Shown one piece after another: positions 55,280 through 64,000 of a stretch of DNA of 64,000 nucleotides (positions are counted from its first letter, which is position 1; each line of letters starts with the position of its first letter). The notes below the pieces were generated by a model that worked only from the letters and a program-made list of their open reading frames with translations, made no database searches and was not told the origin of the DNA. Made by a program: the position numbers and the translations under genes. The DNA comes from an uncultured Gemmatimonadales bacterium (GTDB taxonomy: Bacteria > Gemmatimonadota > Gemmatimonadetes > Longimicrobiales > RSA9): the NCBI GenBank assembly GCA_963816355.1, contig CAWFKH010000003.1:1152001-1216000 (forward strand), read 5' to 3'.

Positions 55280-55623
55280 GCTGAGTTGTGGTAAAGTGAC
55301 TTTCGGGAAGGGAGCCCGGTCACCCACTCGGGATGCCGGCCCTCAAGAGCGTCGCGGCGGGGAGGCCGCAGAAATCGCACCCGTCGCTCTTCGACGCACG
55401 TCGGCGTCGAGGCGACGTCGCCTCCGTCTACTCACGCGTTCGGGTTCTTGTTCCAAGGGGAAGCCGCACGCATGACGCGCGCCAGCCGCATCCAAGCTAA
55501 GGCGGCCGCCTCCGTCCGGCCACCCTCTTCGCCGACCGCCGACGCCGGGGCCTCGATCACCCGCTGCGCCACGGCCGGTTCGACCGCGCCGCACCGTGGC
55601 CCGCTTGCGCCGGTGCGGCGCTT

Positions 55624-55673
55624 CCCCGGCAACGGCGCCGCGCCGCCCCGGCAACGGCGCCGCGCCGCCCCGG
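55624..55673. repeat. Intergenic 22-nt tandem repeat, about 2.3 copies
   Basis: CCCCGGCAACGGCGCCGCGCCG at 55624 and 55646, plus CCCCGG at 55668. Confidence 0.8.
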
Positions 55674-55704
55674 ATCCGTCGCCACTTCCTGACGCACGCG
55701 CACG

Positions 55705-55734
55705 AAAAAAGCCCCGGCGACCTCGCCGGGGCTT
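55705..55734 (-). terminator. Intrinsic terminator after rplU-rpmA
   Basis: GCCCCGGCGA-GG-TCGCCGGGGC followed by TTTTTT on the minus strand. Confidence 0.85.
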
Positions 55735-55760
55735 CCGAGCCGTCTCCGAGCCGAGTGGCG

Positions 55761-56018
55761 TCACTCCGCCGGATACACCGAGATCTGCTTCCGATCGCGG
55801 CCCTTGCGCTCGAACGTCACCACGCCGTCGATCAGCGCGAAGAGCGTGTCGTCCTTCCCCCGTCCCACGTTGAAGCCGGGGTGGAACTTCGTGCCCCGCT
55901 GCCGCACGATGATGTTGCCCGCCAGCACGCGCTCACCCCCGTACTTCTTGACGCCGAGGTACTGCGGATTCGAATCCCGTCCGTTGCGTGTCGAGCCGAC
56001 GCCCTTCTTGTGTGCCAT
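55761..56018 (-). CDS. rpmA: 50S ribosomal protein L27
   Basis: [35 protein letters not shown]. Confidence 0.98.
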   Translation of the reverse strand: MAHKKGVGSTRNGRDSNPQYLGVKKYGGERVLAGNIIVRQRGTKFHPGFNVGRGKDDTLFALIDGVVTFERKGRDRKQISVYPAE

Positions 56019-56033
56019 CTCTCTCCGCCTTCC

Positions 56034-56348
56034 TCAAGCGAGCCGGACGTCGTCGATCCGGACCTCGGTGTACTTCTGCCGATGCCCCTGCTTCCGGCGG
56101 TAGTTCTTGCGGCGCTTCCACTTGAAGACGATGATCTTCTCGCCCTTCCCGTGCGCCACCACCTCGCCCGTCACCGCCGCGCCTTCGAGCGTCGGCGCGC
56201 CCACGCGGATGCCGTCGTCCGCGCTCGCGAGCAGAACCTCGTCGAACGTCACGGTCTGGCCGACCTCGGCCGCGAGGGTCGGGATCCGGATGGTCGAGCC
56301 GGGTTCGGCGCGAAACTGTTTTCCGCCGCTTCGAATGATCGCGTACAT
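56034..56348 (-). CDS. rplU: 50S ribosomal protein L21
   Basis: [26 protein letters not shown]. Confidence 0.98.
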   Translation of the reverse strand: MYAIIRSGGKQFRAEPGSTIRIPTLAAEVGQTVTFDEVLLASADDGIRVGAPTLEGAAVTGEVVAHGKGEKIIVFKWKRRKNYRRKQGHRQKYTEVRIDDVRLA

Positions 56349-56391
56349 GGAGCTTCCGTCGTCGCCGATTGCGTTGCGATACAGACCGGTA

Positions 56392-56420
56392 AAGGTGACG
56401 TGGCGCGCCGCTTCTGTCAA
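56392..56420 (-). promoter_or_regulatory. Putative sigma70 promoter for rplU-rpmA
   Basis: TTGACA-17 nt-CACCTT. Confidence 0.5.
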
Positions 56421-56481
56421 GCGCCGGCCGCGGGGGCACCGCGCCGTGCGGCGGCGCCGGAAGGGAGCCGCCTGGAGCGCC

Positions 56482-56913
56482 TCACGCCTTCAATATCTCG
56501 TAGCAGACGCGCCAGTTGGACATCGCCTCGGGGTCGCCCGGGCCCTCGTCGCCGGGGCACTTGCGGCCGAGCCAGGAAGAGGCGGGTCCTTCGAAGACGC
56601 GGCGGTAGTCCTCGAGACGGTCGTTGGCGGTGAGGAAGTCGAGCTCCTCGCCCTGCAGCTCGACGACGAGCTTCTCGCGGACCTCGCCCTCGAAGACGAC
56701 CTTGTCGAGGCCGAGGCGGTTCCAGCCGGGATGGTCGGATATGTCGTAGTGTCCCTTCTCCGGAAGGACCGTCTTCCTGGGGTCCGCGTCGTCGGCGGCG
56801 ATGAGGACGGTGAAGCGGAACTGTCCCTTCTCCTTGAACATCGGCTCGAGCTTGTCGAGGATCTGCACCCAGCGGAGAACGACCTTCACCCTCTCAGCTT
56901 GCGGCTCCGCCAT
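56482..56913 (-). CDS. Hypothetical soluble beta-rich protein
   Basis: Normal codon and amino-acid composition, SD AAAGGAG, own promoter-like sequence. Confidence 0.75.
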   Translation of the reverse strand: MAEPQAERVKVVLRWVQILDKLEPMFKEKGQFRFTVLIAADDADPRKTVLPEKGHYDISDHPGWNRLGLDKVVFEGEVREKLVVELQGEELDFLTANDRLEDYRRVFEGPASSWLGRKCPGDEGPGDPEAMSNWRVCYEILKA

Positions 56914-56979
56914 CGTCGGCTCCTTTCCGGTCGAAAGTGGCAGGCGCCGAGAGGCGCCGGCGAACGGATGATCGCATGG

Positions 56980-57008
56980 ATACTACGCACCCGCGGGTAC
57001 GGTGTCCA
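56980..57008 (-). promoter_or_regulatory. Putative sigma70 promoter for the hypothetical gene
   Basis: TGGACA-17 nt-TAGTAT; the spacer holds the near-palindrome GTACCCGCGGGTGC. Confidence 0.45.
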
Positions 57009-57092
57009 GCGATGCGGGAGGGGGCCCGCCGGTGGGCTGCGGGAGCGGCCCGGGAGCGGGGCGTGGGGACGGTGCGCCGCGGACCGCGAGCG

Positions 57093-58631
57093 CTATTCGA
57101 GCGCGTATTTCTGGCTCACATCGACCTTCGCGGGCCCGCTCAGGAGGCGGAACTCGTCCTGCCGCATGAGGGGGTCGTCGCGCAGGTCGAGCTGAAGCCG
57201 GTAGGCGCCTTCGAGTCGGCGCAGGAACTGTGGCTCGTCCTCGAGGATGTGGAGCGCCACCTCCGGATGTACGCGGATCGTGATCTGCTTCTCCGACCCG
57301 ACGACGGAGGCGCGGCGGATCGCGCGCTCGACCCTGCGGACGACCGTGGGCGGCCGGAACACGCGGCCCGAGCCGCCACAGTGGATGCACGGCTCGGTCA
57401 GGGACTGATAGAGAGAGGGGCGCACGCGCTGCCGCGTCATCTCGACGAGGCCGAGCTCCGAGATCTGGAACGCCTTGGTGCGGGCGCGATCGCGGTTCAG
57501 GTGGGTACGCAGCTCCTGTATCACGCGGTCCTGGTCGGCGCGCGTCTCCATGTCGATGAAGTCGCAGACGACGATGCCGCCGACATCGCGGAGCCGCAGC
57601 TGGCGGGCGATCTCCCGCGCCGCCTCCATGTTCGTCTTCAGGATCGTCTTGTCCGGATCACGCCGACCGGTGTTGCGCCCGGTGTTGACGTCGATCGAGA
57701 CGAGGGCCTCGGTCGGCTCGATGATGATGTAGCCGCCGGAGGGAAGCTCGACGCGTCGTTGAAACGCCTCGCGGATCGCCTCCTCGATGCCGTACTTGTC
57801 GAAGAGCGGGGTCGGCTCCTCGTAGAAGTGGACGCGGTCGAGCAGGCTCGGGTCCATCCCTTCGAGGTACTGCTTCACCTCCGTGAAGACGTCGCGGCTG
57901 TCGATGATGAGCGAATCGACCTTGTCGCTGAACACGTCGCGGATGATGCCGCTGGTGAGCTTCGCCTCCTGGTGGATCAGCGCGGGCGGCTTGGCGCCGC
58001 GGCTTCGCTTCTGGATCTTGTTCCAGGTGCTCTGCAGCGTCTTGAACTCGCGCTGGAAGGTCTCGCGCGTGAGCTCCTCGCCGACCGTGCGGATGATGAC
58101 GCCGCCGGCATCCTTCGGCACGACGTCGCGAGCGAGAGCGCGCAGGCGCGCTCGCTCCTCGCGGTCGTCGATCTTGCGGCTCACGCCAATGTGGCGCGAG
58201 AACGGCATGTAGACGACGAAGCGGCCCGGCAGCGACACCTGGGCGGTCACGCGGGGGCCCTTGGTGCTGATCGGCTCCTTGGTGACCTGGACCATCATGT
58301 TCTCGCCCTTGCGGACGACGTCCTGTATCGGCGTCTCCGTGCCGCGCCGGCCGCGGCCATCGTCCGCTTCCTCGTCGTCGTCGTCGTCGTCGCCGCCGCC
58401 GTTCTCGCGGAGCAGGTCGGAGACATGGAGGAAGGCGGCCTTCTCGGTGCCGAGGTCGACGAACGCCGCCTGGATCCCGGGCAGGACCGCTTCGACGCGT
58501 CCGAGGTAGACGTCGCCGACCATGCGCTCGGCGTCCGGCCGGTCGACCATCACCTCGACCAGGCGGTCGTCCTCGACGATCGCCACGCGCGTTTCGAGCG
58601 GCGTGGCGGAAATCAGGATTTCGCGCTTCAT
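57093..58631 (-). CDS. rng: Ribonuclease E/G family (RNase G-sized)
   Basis: VLPGIQAAFVD, VQVTKEPISTKGPR, IDVNTG, RQLRLRDVGG..VCDFIDM, EMTRQR, CIHCGG. Confidence 0.93.
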   Translation of the reverse strand: MKREILISATPLETRVAIVEDDRLVEVMVDRPDAERMVGDVYLGRVEAVLPGIQAAFVDLGTEKAAFLHVSDLLRENGGGDDDDDDEEADDGRGRRGTETPIQDVVRKGENMMVQVTKEPISTKGPRVTAQVSLPGRFVVYMPFSRHIGVSRKIDDREERARLRALARDVVPKDAGGVIIRTVGEELTRETFQREFKTLQSTWNKIQKRSRGAKPPALIHQEAKLTSGIIRDVFSDKVDSLIIDSRDVFTEVKQYLEGMDPSLLDRVHFYEEPTPLFDKYGIEEAIREAFQRRVELPSGGYIIIEPTEALVSIDVNTGRNTGRRDPDKTILKTNMEAAREIARQLRLRDVGGIVVCDFIDMETRADQDRVIQELRTHLNRDRARTKAFQISELGLVEMTRQRVRPSLYQSLTEPCIHCGGSGRVFRPPTVVRRVERAIRRASVVGSEKQITIRVHPEVALHILEDEPQFLRRLEGAYRLQLDLRDDPLMRQDEFRLLSGPAKVDVSQKYALE

Positions 58632-58767
58632 CTGCCTTACCGGAAATTCTTGGCCGCGTACGAGGGCACCCGGCTCGGGCCTCGTGCGCGGCGTTCGTTC
58701 ATGTCTGCCCCGACCGTACGCCCCGCCTCGCCTGTCGTGGCGCGGGGGGTGCACGCCCTCGGGTCGC

Positions 58768-59988
58768 CTAGGTGCGTCGCCCGGCTTCGGCCAGGATGCT
58801 GCGCGCGATGACGAGCCGCTGGATCTCGCTCGTGCCCTCGCCGATCTCGCAGATCTTGGCGTCGCGCATCATCCGCTCGACCGGGTAGTCGCTGGTGTAG
58901 CCGTAGCCGCCGTGGAGCTGGACGGCGCGCGTGGTGGCGCGCATCGCGAGCTCGCTGGCGTAGAGCTTCGCCATGGCGGCTTCCCGGCCGAACGGCCGTC
59001 CTTTCTCCTTCAGCCACGCGGCGTGGTAGACGAGGTGCCGCGCGGCTTCGATCTCGGTGGCCATGTCCGCCACCGCGAACTGCACCCCCTGGAACTCCGC
59101 GACCGCGCGCCCGAACTGGCGGCGTCCGCCGACGAAGTCGAGCGTCTGCTCGAAGGCGCCCTCCGCGATCCCGAGGGCGAGTGCGCCGATCCCAATGCGG
59201 CCCGCGTCGAGGGTCTTCATGAAGTTGATGAAGCCACGGCCTTCTTCGCCCAGGCGAGCCTCGGCGGCGACGGTCGCCTCTTCCAGCACGAGCTCGCGCG
59301 TGTCGGAGGCGCGCCAGCCCATCTTGTCCTCCTTCTTCCCCGCCCTCACCCCGGGCGTGAACGGCTCCAGCTCGGGTGCGTGTCCGACGCCCACGCGCTC
59401 CGCCGACTCCCGGTCCGTCGTCTCCTTCGTGACGATGAAGCTCGTGATGCCGTGGGCGCCCGCGTCCCGATCCGTCACGGCCGTGATGACGAACACCTCA
59501 CCGACGCCGGCGTGCGTGATGAAAATCTTGCTCCCGCTGATCCGGTAGCCACCGTTCTCGCGCACGGCGGTGGTGCGCGTACCGCCGGCGTCGGAGCCGG
59601 CGCCCGGCTCGGTGAGACCGAAGCCGCCGAGCACGCGGCCGCTCGCGAGGAGCGGTACGTAGCGGCGTCGCTGCGACTCCGAGCCGAAGTTCACGATGGG
59701 GGACAGGCCGAGCGTCGAATGGGCACTCACGGTGATGGCGTGGCTCGCGTCAACCTTCGCGAGCTCTTCGACGGTCAGCAGATAGCTGAGGTAGTCGAGA
59801 CCCTGGCCGCCGTACCCGGTGGGGATGTTGACGCCGAAGTACCCGAGCGTCGCCATGCGGGCGACGTTCTCCCAGGGGAAGCGACTGGATTCGTCCAGCG
59901 ACCTCGCGACCGGCGCGATCTCCGCGCGCGCGAATTCACGCACGCCGCGCCGGTAGCGTTCGTGCTCATCCGTAAGATAGAGACCCAT
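58768..59988 (-). CDS. Acyl-CoA dehydrogenase
   Basis: [51 protein letters not shown]. Confidence 0.95.
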   Translation of the reverse strand: MGLYLTDEHERYRRGVREFARAEIAPVARSLDESSRFPWENVARMATLGYFGVNIPTGYGGQGLDYLSYLLTVEELAKVDASHAITVSAHSTLGLSPIVNFGSESQRRRYVPLLASGRVLGGFGLTEPGAGSDAGGTRTTAVRENGGYRISGSKIFITHAGVGEVFVITAVTDRDAGAHGITSFIVTKETTDRESAERVGVGHAPELEPFTPGVRAGKKEDKMGWRASDTRELVLEEATVAAEARLGEEGRGFINFMKTLDAGRIGIGALALGIAEGAFEQTLDFVGGRRQFGRAVAEFQGVQFAVADMATEIEAARHLVYHAAWLKEKGRPFGREAAMAKLYASELAMRATTRAVQLHGGYGYTSDYPVERMMRDAKICEIGEGTSEIQRLVIARSILAEAGRRT

Positions 59989-60057
59989 CTTCCTCCCGCT
60001 CGGGACCGTCCCCATCGGGCCGGTCAGCGCGTGTGGTACCCGGAAAATCGGTTGAAG

Positions 60058-61782
60058 TTACGTGCCGCGGAGGGAGGCGGAAAGGCCGGCCGAGCCACAG
60101 TTGTCGCACCGCGCGCAGCGTCGCGGCGCCGCTTCTCCGAAGTAGCCGAGGAGAAAGCGTCGGCGGCAGCCGCGGTGACGGGCGTAGCGGACCACTTCCG
60201 AGAGGCGACCGATCTCGCGCGCACGGTCGCGCTCCAGCGTCCGCTCGTTCCAGGCGCCCGCGCCCGCCACGGGGCGGTAGCGGACCGCGCCGCCGCCGTG
60301 CGACTCCAGCATCGCGCGGCGGCGCAGGCGATCGAGAAGGGATGCCGCAGCGGCGCGGGATCCGGCGAGGGTCGCCAATTCGCTCCACGCGACGTCGACT
60401 CCGCGCTCGAGCGGGCCGCCGTGCCGGTACGCCAGCGCGTCGAGGAGACGCCGTTCGGCGGCGCCACCTTCGCCGCTCAGCTCGGCGTCGATCCGGCGCC
60501 ACGAGGCGCGAAGCCGAAGGTGCGCGATGTCACGCCCGCCGACGCGCGCCACGCGCCCGTCCCGCTCCAGCACACGCAGCGCCGCCTCGACCTGACGCCG
60601 CTCGGGCGCGGGGGCGGGCAGAGCGGCGGCGACCCGCTGCGGTTCCAGCCCCGTGCCGGAAGCGGCGGCGACGCCGAGCGCGGCCAGCACCGCACGCACG
60701 AGCGGCGCCGGCGGAAACGCCTGCTCGATCAGGAAGCGCTGCCTGGCGACATCGCGCTTCGAGTGGAGGAGCACGCACTCCGCCGGCCGGCCGTCCCTCC
60801 CGGCACGCCCCGCCTCCTGATAGTACGCCTCGAGCGAGCCGGGTAGCTGGTGGTGCAGCACCAGTCTCACGTCGGGCTTGTCGATCCCCATGCCGAAGGC
60901 GCTCGTCGCGACGACCGCCTCCAGACGGCCCGACGTGAAGCGCTCCTGCACGCGCCGGCGCCGCTCCGCGTCGAGGCCCGCGTGGTAGCCGGCGGCGCGC
61001 ACGCCCCGCCGCACGAGGAAGTCGGCGAGCGCGTCGACGGAGCGGCGGGTGGAAGCGTACACGACGGCGCAGCCGGGACCGCCGCGACGCAGCCGGTGCA
61101 GCCGCGCGGCGAGGCGCGCGTCCTTCTCGCGCTCGTCGCCCACGGCCGCCGCGAACCACGTCAGGTTCGCGCGGTCGAAACCGCCCGCGAACACGCGGGG
61201 CCCGCGCAGGCGCAGCAGGCGGACCACGTCCGAGCGGACTTCCGGCGTCGCGGTGGCGGTGAGCGCGATCGCCGGGCGACGCAGCCGCGCGCGAACCTGG
61301 CCGAGGCTGAGGTAGGCGGGGCGGAATCCCTGTCCCCATTGAGAGACGCAGTGCGCCTCGTCGACCACGAAGATCGAGACGCGGAGCGTCGGCAGCAGAT
61401 CGCGGAAGCGTGGCGAACCGAAGCGCTCCGGCGCGACGTAGAGCAGCCGCAGCTCGCCCGCTGCCGCGGCGGCGAGGTTCCGCTGCAGGGCGGCATTCCC
61501 GAGACTGCCGTGGACGGCCGCGGCGGCGATGCCGCGGCGCCGCAGCGCGCCGACCTGGTCGTCCATCAGCGAAACGAGCGGACTCACCACGAGTGCGGTG
61601 CCCGGCAGGATCAGGGCGGGGATCTGGTAGCAGAGGCTCTTGCCGCCGCCCGTCGGCATCAGGGCGAGGACGTCGTGGCCGCCGAGTACGGCGGCGATCA
61701 CCTCCTCTTGGACGCCGCGAAAGGCCGCGTAGCCGAAGTGGCGGCGCAGGCACTCACGCGCGGCAGCGATTCCGGTGGGCAC
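60058..61782 (-). CDS. recQ: RecQ-family ATP-dependent DNA helicase
   Basis: MPTGGGKSLCYQ, VDEAHC, TATAT, AFGMGIDKPDVR, YYQEAGRAGRDG, CRR...YFGE...CARCDNC. Confidence 0.93.
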   Translation of the reverse strand: MPTGIAAARECLRRHFGYAAFRGVQEEVIAAVLGGHDVLALMPTGGGKSLCYQIPALILPGTALVVSPLVSLMDDQVGALRRRGIAAAAVHGSLGNAALQRNLAAAAAGELRLLYVAPERFGSPRFRDLLPTLRVSIFVVDEAHCVSQWGQGFRPAYLSLGQVRARLRRPAIALTATATPEVRSDVVRLLRLRGPRVFAGGFDRANLTWFAAAVGDEREKDARLAARLHRLRRGGPGCAVVYASTRRSVDALADFLVRRGVRAAGYHAGLDAERRRRVQERFTSGRLEAVVATSAFGMGIDKPDVRLVLHHQLPGSLEAYYQEAGRAGRDGRPAECVLLHSKRDVARQRFLIEQAFPPAPLVRAVLAALGVAAASGTGLEPQRVAAALPAPAPERRQVEAALRVLERDGRVARVGGRDIAHLRLRASWRRIDAELSGEGGAAERRLLDALAYRHGGPLERGVDVAWSELATLAGSRAAAASLLDRLRRRAMLESHGGGAVRYRPVAGAGAWNERTLERDRAREIGRLSEVVRYARHRGCRRRFLLGYFGEAAPRRCARCDNCGSAGLSASLRGT

Positions 61783-61859
61783 GCCCCGACGATCATGGCG
61801 CGGGGCGGGCGACGGAATGGCCAGACGGGCGGCACGGCCAGGCGGGCGGCGGCAGCGGC

Positions 61860-61920
61860 GCGGACGGGCAGCGGGGCGGACGGGCAGCGCCCGGCCGGGC
61901 AGCGGCAGGGCGGACGGGCG
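61860..61920. repeat. Degenerate GCGGACGGGCAGCG direct repeats upstream of recQ
   Basis: Copies at 61860 and 61876, a variant at 61891 and a partial copy at 61910. Confidence 0.6.
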
Positions 61921-61934
61921 CCCCCCGCGCGGGC

Positions 61935-62159
61935 TTACCGCTCGCCCGCCTCCCCTTCCCCCCCGCCGCGCTCGCCGCGCTCGGGCAGCGCCCGCAGCAG
62001 CACGCCCACGGCGAGGAAGCCGATGCCGAGGTAGACGAGGAGGCCGTTCTGGAGCGCCATGCCCGCCATGCCGAAGAGCGCGCCGGCGAGGAAGAGGACG
62101 ACCCTGGCTTCGAGGAAACGGCCGCTGCGACGCTCGCGCGAGGGACGGAAGAGGCCCAT
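61935..62159 (-). CDS. Small two-TM membrane protein
   Basis: MGLFRPSRERR...VLFLAGALFGMAGMALQNGLLVYLGIGFLAVGVLLR; TGATG coupling to the upstream hydratase. Confidence 0.7.
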   Translation of the reverse strand: MGLFRPSRERRSGRFLEARVVLFLAGALFGMAGMALQNGLLVYLGIGFLAVGVLLRALPERGERGGGEGEAGER

Positions 62160-62932
62160 CAGCCGCCGTCGGCGCGGCGCTCGAGGAAGCGGCGCACGCC
62201 TTCGCGGGTGTCCTCCGACATGCGCGCGAGCGCGTTCACCTCGGCGCCGCGCGCGACCGCCTCGTCGAAGGAGACGCCGTCGATGCCGTAGAAGAGCCGC
62301 TTGATCAGGCGGAGCGCGGAGGAGGATCGCGACGCGAGGCGGGACACGTAGGCGGCGACGTCGCCGTCGAACGTCTCGACGGGATAGACGCGCGTCACGA
62401 TGCCGAGCGCGCGCGCCTGCTCGGCGTCGATCTCCTCGCCCAGCGCGACGAGCTCGAAGGCCGCCTTCTCGCCGACGATGCGGCGCAGCAACGCCATGAC
62501 CATCGCGGGGACGAAGCCGAGGCGGACCTCCGGGTATCCGATGCGCGTGTCGTCCCGGGCGAGCACGATGTCGCACGCCGTCGCCAGCCCGGCCCCGCCG
62601 GCGACGACGTGACCGTGGACCGCCGCCACCACGGGGATCGGGACGCGGCGGAATTCGCCGAGAAGGGCGCCGAGCGACTGCGCCGCCTGCACGTTGTCGA
62701 GCGGCGTGGAGCCGGTCGCGACGCGCTCGAGCTCGGCGAGGTCGGCGCCCGCGCAGAAGTCGGGGCCGGCGCCGCGGAGCAGGATCGCGCGGGCGCCGTC
62801 GTCGACCGCCGCTGCGACGGCCCGGCGCAGCTCTCCCACCGTGGCCGCGTCGAGCGCGTTGCGCTTCTCGGGCCGGTCGAGCGTGACGGTCGCGATACCG
62901 CCGTCGAGTTCGTATCGGATGCGGTCGAACAC
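62159..62932 (-). CDS. Enoyl-CoA hydratase, methylglutaconyl-CoA hydratase-like
   Basis: DRPEKRNAL, FCAGADL, AGGAGLATACD, YPEVRLGFVPA. Confidence 0.88.
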   Translation of the reverse strand: MFDRIRYELDGGIATVTLDRPEKRNALDAATVGELRRAVAAAVDDGARAILLRGAGPDFCAGADLAELERVATGSTPLDNVQAAQSLGALLGEFRRVPIPVVAAVHGHVVAGGAGLATACDIVLARDDTRIGYPEVRLGFVPAMVMALLRRIVGEKAAFELVALGEEIDAEQARALGIVTRVYPVETFDGDVAAYVSRLASRSSSALRLIKRLFYGIDGVSFDEAVARGAEVNALARMSEDTREGVRRFLERRADGG

Positions 62933-62933
62933 G

Positions 62934-63335
62934 TCAGAGCGCCTCCTGCGCGCCCGGCTTGGCGGCGGCGGGGCCGCCAGCGGCGGGGGCGGCGGCGGGT
63001 CGCGTGCGCCGGGCGACGTCGTCCGGCACCTCGATCTCCATGCGCAGCAACGCGGTCGAGAACGTCTTGCCCTGGGCGTCGGTCATGAGCGATACGGTGC
63101 CGCCACCGCCGAGGGCGCCGTGCAGCAGGAAGTTCAGCGCGCCGAGGTTCGGCAGCTCGAAGCGCTCGACGTCGCCGCGAACCATGTCGCCGAAGTGGCG
63201 TGCGACGCGCTCGGCGGTGACGCGCTCGACGAGCAGCGGATAGTCCCGCGGGTCGCGCGCGATGACGCCGACGTTGGCGGTATCGCCCTTGTCGCCGGAG
63301 CGGGCGTGCGCGATGTCGTAGAGTCGGATCTTCAT
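62934..63335 (-). CDS. AtuA-related small protein (stand-alone C-terminal AtuA domain)
   Basis: [42 protein letters not shown]. Confidence 0.85.
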   Translation of the reverse strand: MKIRLYDIAHARSGDKGDTANVGVIARDPRDYPLLVERVTAERVARHFGDMVRGDVERFELPNLGALNFLLHGALGGGGTVSLMTDAQGKTFSTALLRMEIEVPDDVARRTRPAAAPAAGGPAAAKPGAQEAL

Positions 63336-64000
63336 GCCTCGACGACCTCCACCTCGAGGTGCGGCTCGATCTGGTCGCGGTCGATGAGCGCCGGCCAGTA
63401 CGCGACGACGTCCTGCACGCGCGGCCTTCCGCCGGCGAAGCCGGTCACGGTGGGCGGACCGGCGAGGATCAGCGGGGCGAGCTCACGCGTGAAGCGCTCG
63501 ACCGGTGCGCGGTCGGCGGCACGCACGGCGACGCGCAACTCGACCTCCGGCAGGTCCGGCGGCGGTGGCCCGGCGAGCGCTCCGTGCGTCGCGTTCCAGC
63601 CGACGAACTCGGTGCGGATCTCGTCGAAGCGAAGGCCGAGGCGCTCGAGGCGGGCGCGCAGCACGCGGTCCGCGGCCTGTGCCTTCGCGACGGGGTCGGG
63701 CCAGCCGTAGACGAGCGTGCCGACCGCCTTGTAGCCGGCGGAGTACGAGATCGACACTTTGAGGCGGTCGGTGCGCGGCCGCCCGCGAACGCCGCTCACG
63801 CGCACGCGGTCCGGCCCCTCCTGTTCGAGGCGGATCGTCGTGAAGTCCGCGACGGCGTCCGGCGTGATGTAGGCGTGCGGATCCCCCATCTCGTAGACGA
63901 GCTGCTCGGTGACGCCGTGGACGTCCACGCGTCCGCCCGTGCCGTCGTGCTTGGTGACCACGAAGGAGCCGTCGGGGCTCGCCTCGATGATCGGGAAGCC
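63332..64000 (-). CDS. Acyclic terpene utilization AtuA-family protein, C-terminal part (runs off the window edge)
   Basis: [53 protein letters not shown] overlap with the small AtuA gene. Confidence 0.88.
   Translation of the reverse strand, partial: GFPIIEASPDGSFVVTKHDGTGGRVDVHGVTEQLVYEMGDPHAYITPDAVADFTTIRLEQEGPDRVRVSGVRGRPRTDRLKVSISYSAGYKAVGTLVYGWPDPVAKAQAADRVLRARLERLGLRFDEIRTEFVGWNATHGALAGPPPPDLPEVELRVAVRAADRAPVERFTRELAPLILAGPPTVTGFAGGRPRVQDVVAYWPALIDRDQIEPHLEVEVVEA

Noticed and set aside
55432..55473. 13-codon ORF (MRAASPWNKNPNA) upstream of rho as a leader peptide
   Set aside because: It has no clear SD, no regulatory codon run and no associated attenuator.
55624..55673. Possible CRISPR-like repeats here, at 50925-51014 and at 61860-61920
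   Set aside because: There are no unique spacers, only 2-4 degenerate copies, and no cas genes in the window.

Overview
A very GC-rich bacterial chromosomal segment (GC not computed). Protein families and gene order suggest Gemmatimonadota, which is an inference. Most of it is housekeeping DNA on the minus strand: partial ECF sigma, HU/IHF, carA, a binding-protein/hybrid-kinase pair, lipB with 2-oxoacid dehydrogenase E2/E1b/E1a, secG-tpiA-pgk-gap, comF, aroE, an LMW phosphatase, tsaC, ispD, radA, dnaB, UDG, coaBC, rpoZ, gmk, yicC, pepA, icd, citrate synthase, rho, rpmA, rplU, RNase G/E, an acyl-CoA dehydrogenase, a RecQ-family helicase and split AtuA. rnhA and greA lie on the plus strand. A more accessory middle part (about 31.4-53 kb) holds: (i) a four-gene ECF sigma / membrane anti-sigma / exported protein cluster with two CBM48-like glycan-binding domains and a repeated promoter-like motif, which is the best candidate for an undescribed system; (ii) an orphan FeoA-like gene behind a structured leader; (iii) two secreted peptidases, a lipoprotein, an MFS transporter and a K+-channel-like protein with an unusual N-terminus; (iv) folD and tRNA-Leu(CAA); (v) a TetR-led acyl-CoA catabolic operon with a single-domain BoxC-like crotonase but no ring epoxidase. 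Five single-base insertions between 38.8 and 44.7 kb break four genes and look like sequencing errors. I saw no CRISPR array, rRNA, integrase or transposase. All calls are by eye from motifs; no searches were run.
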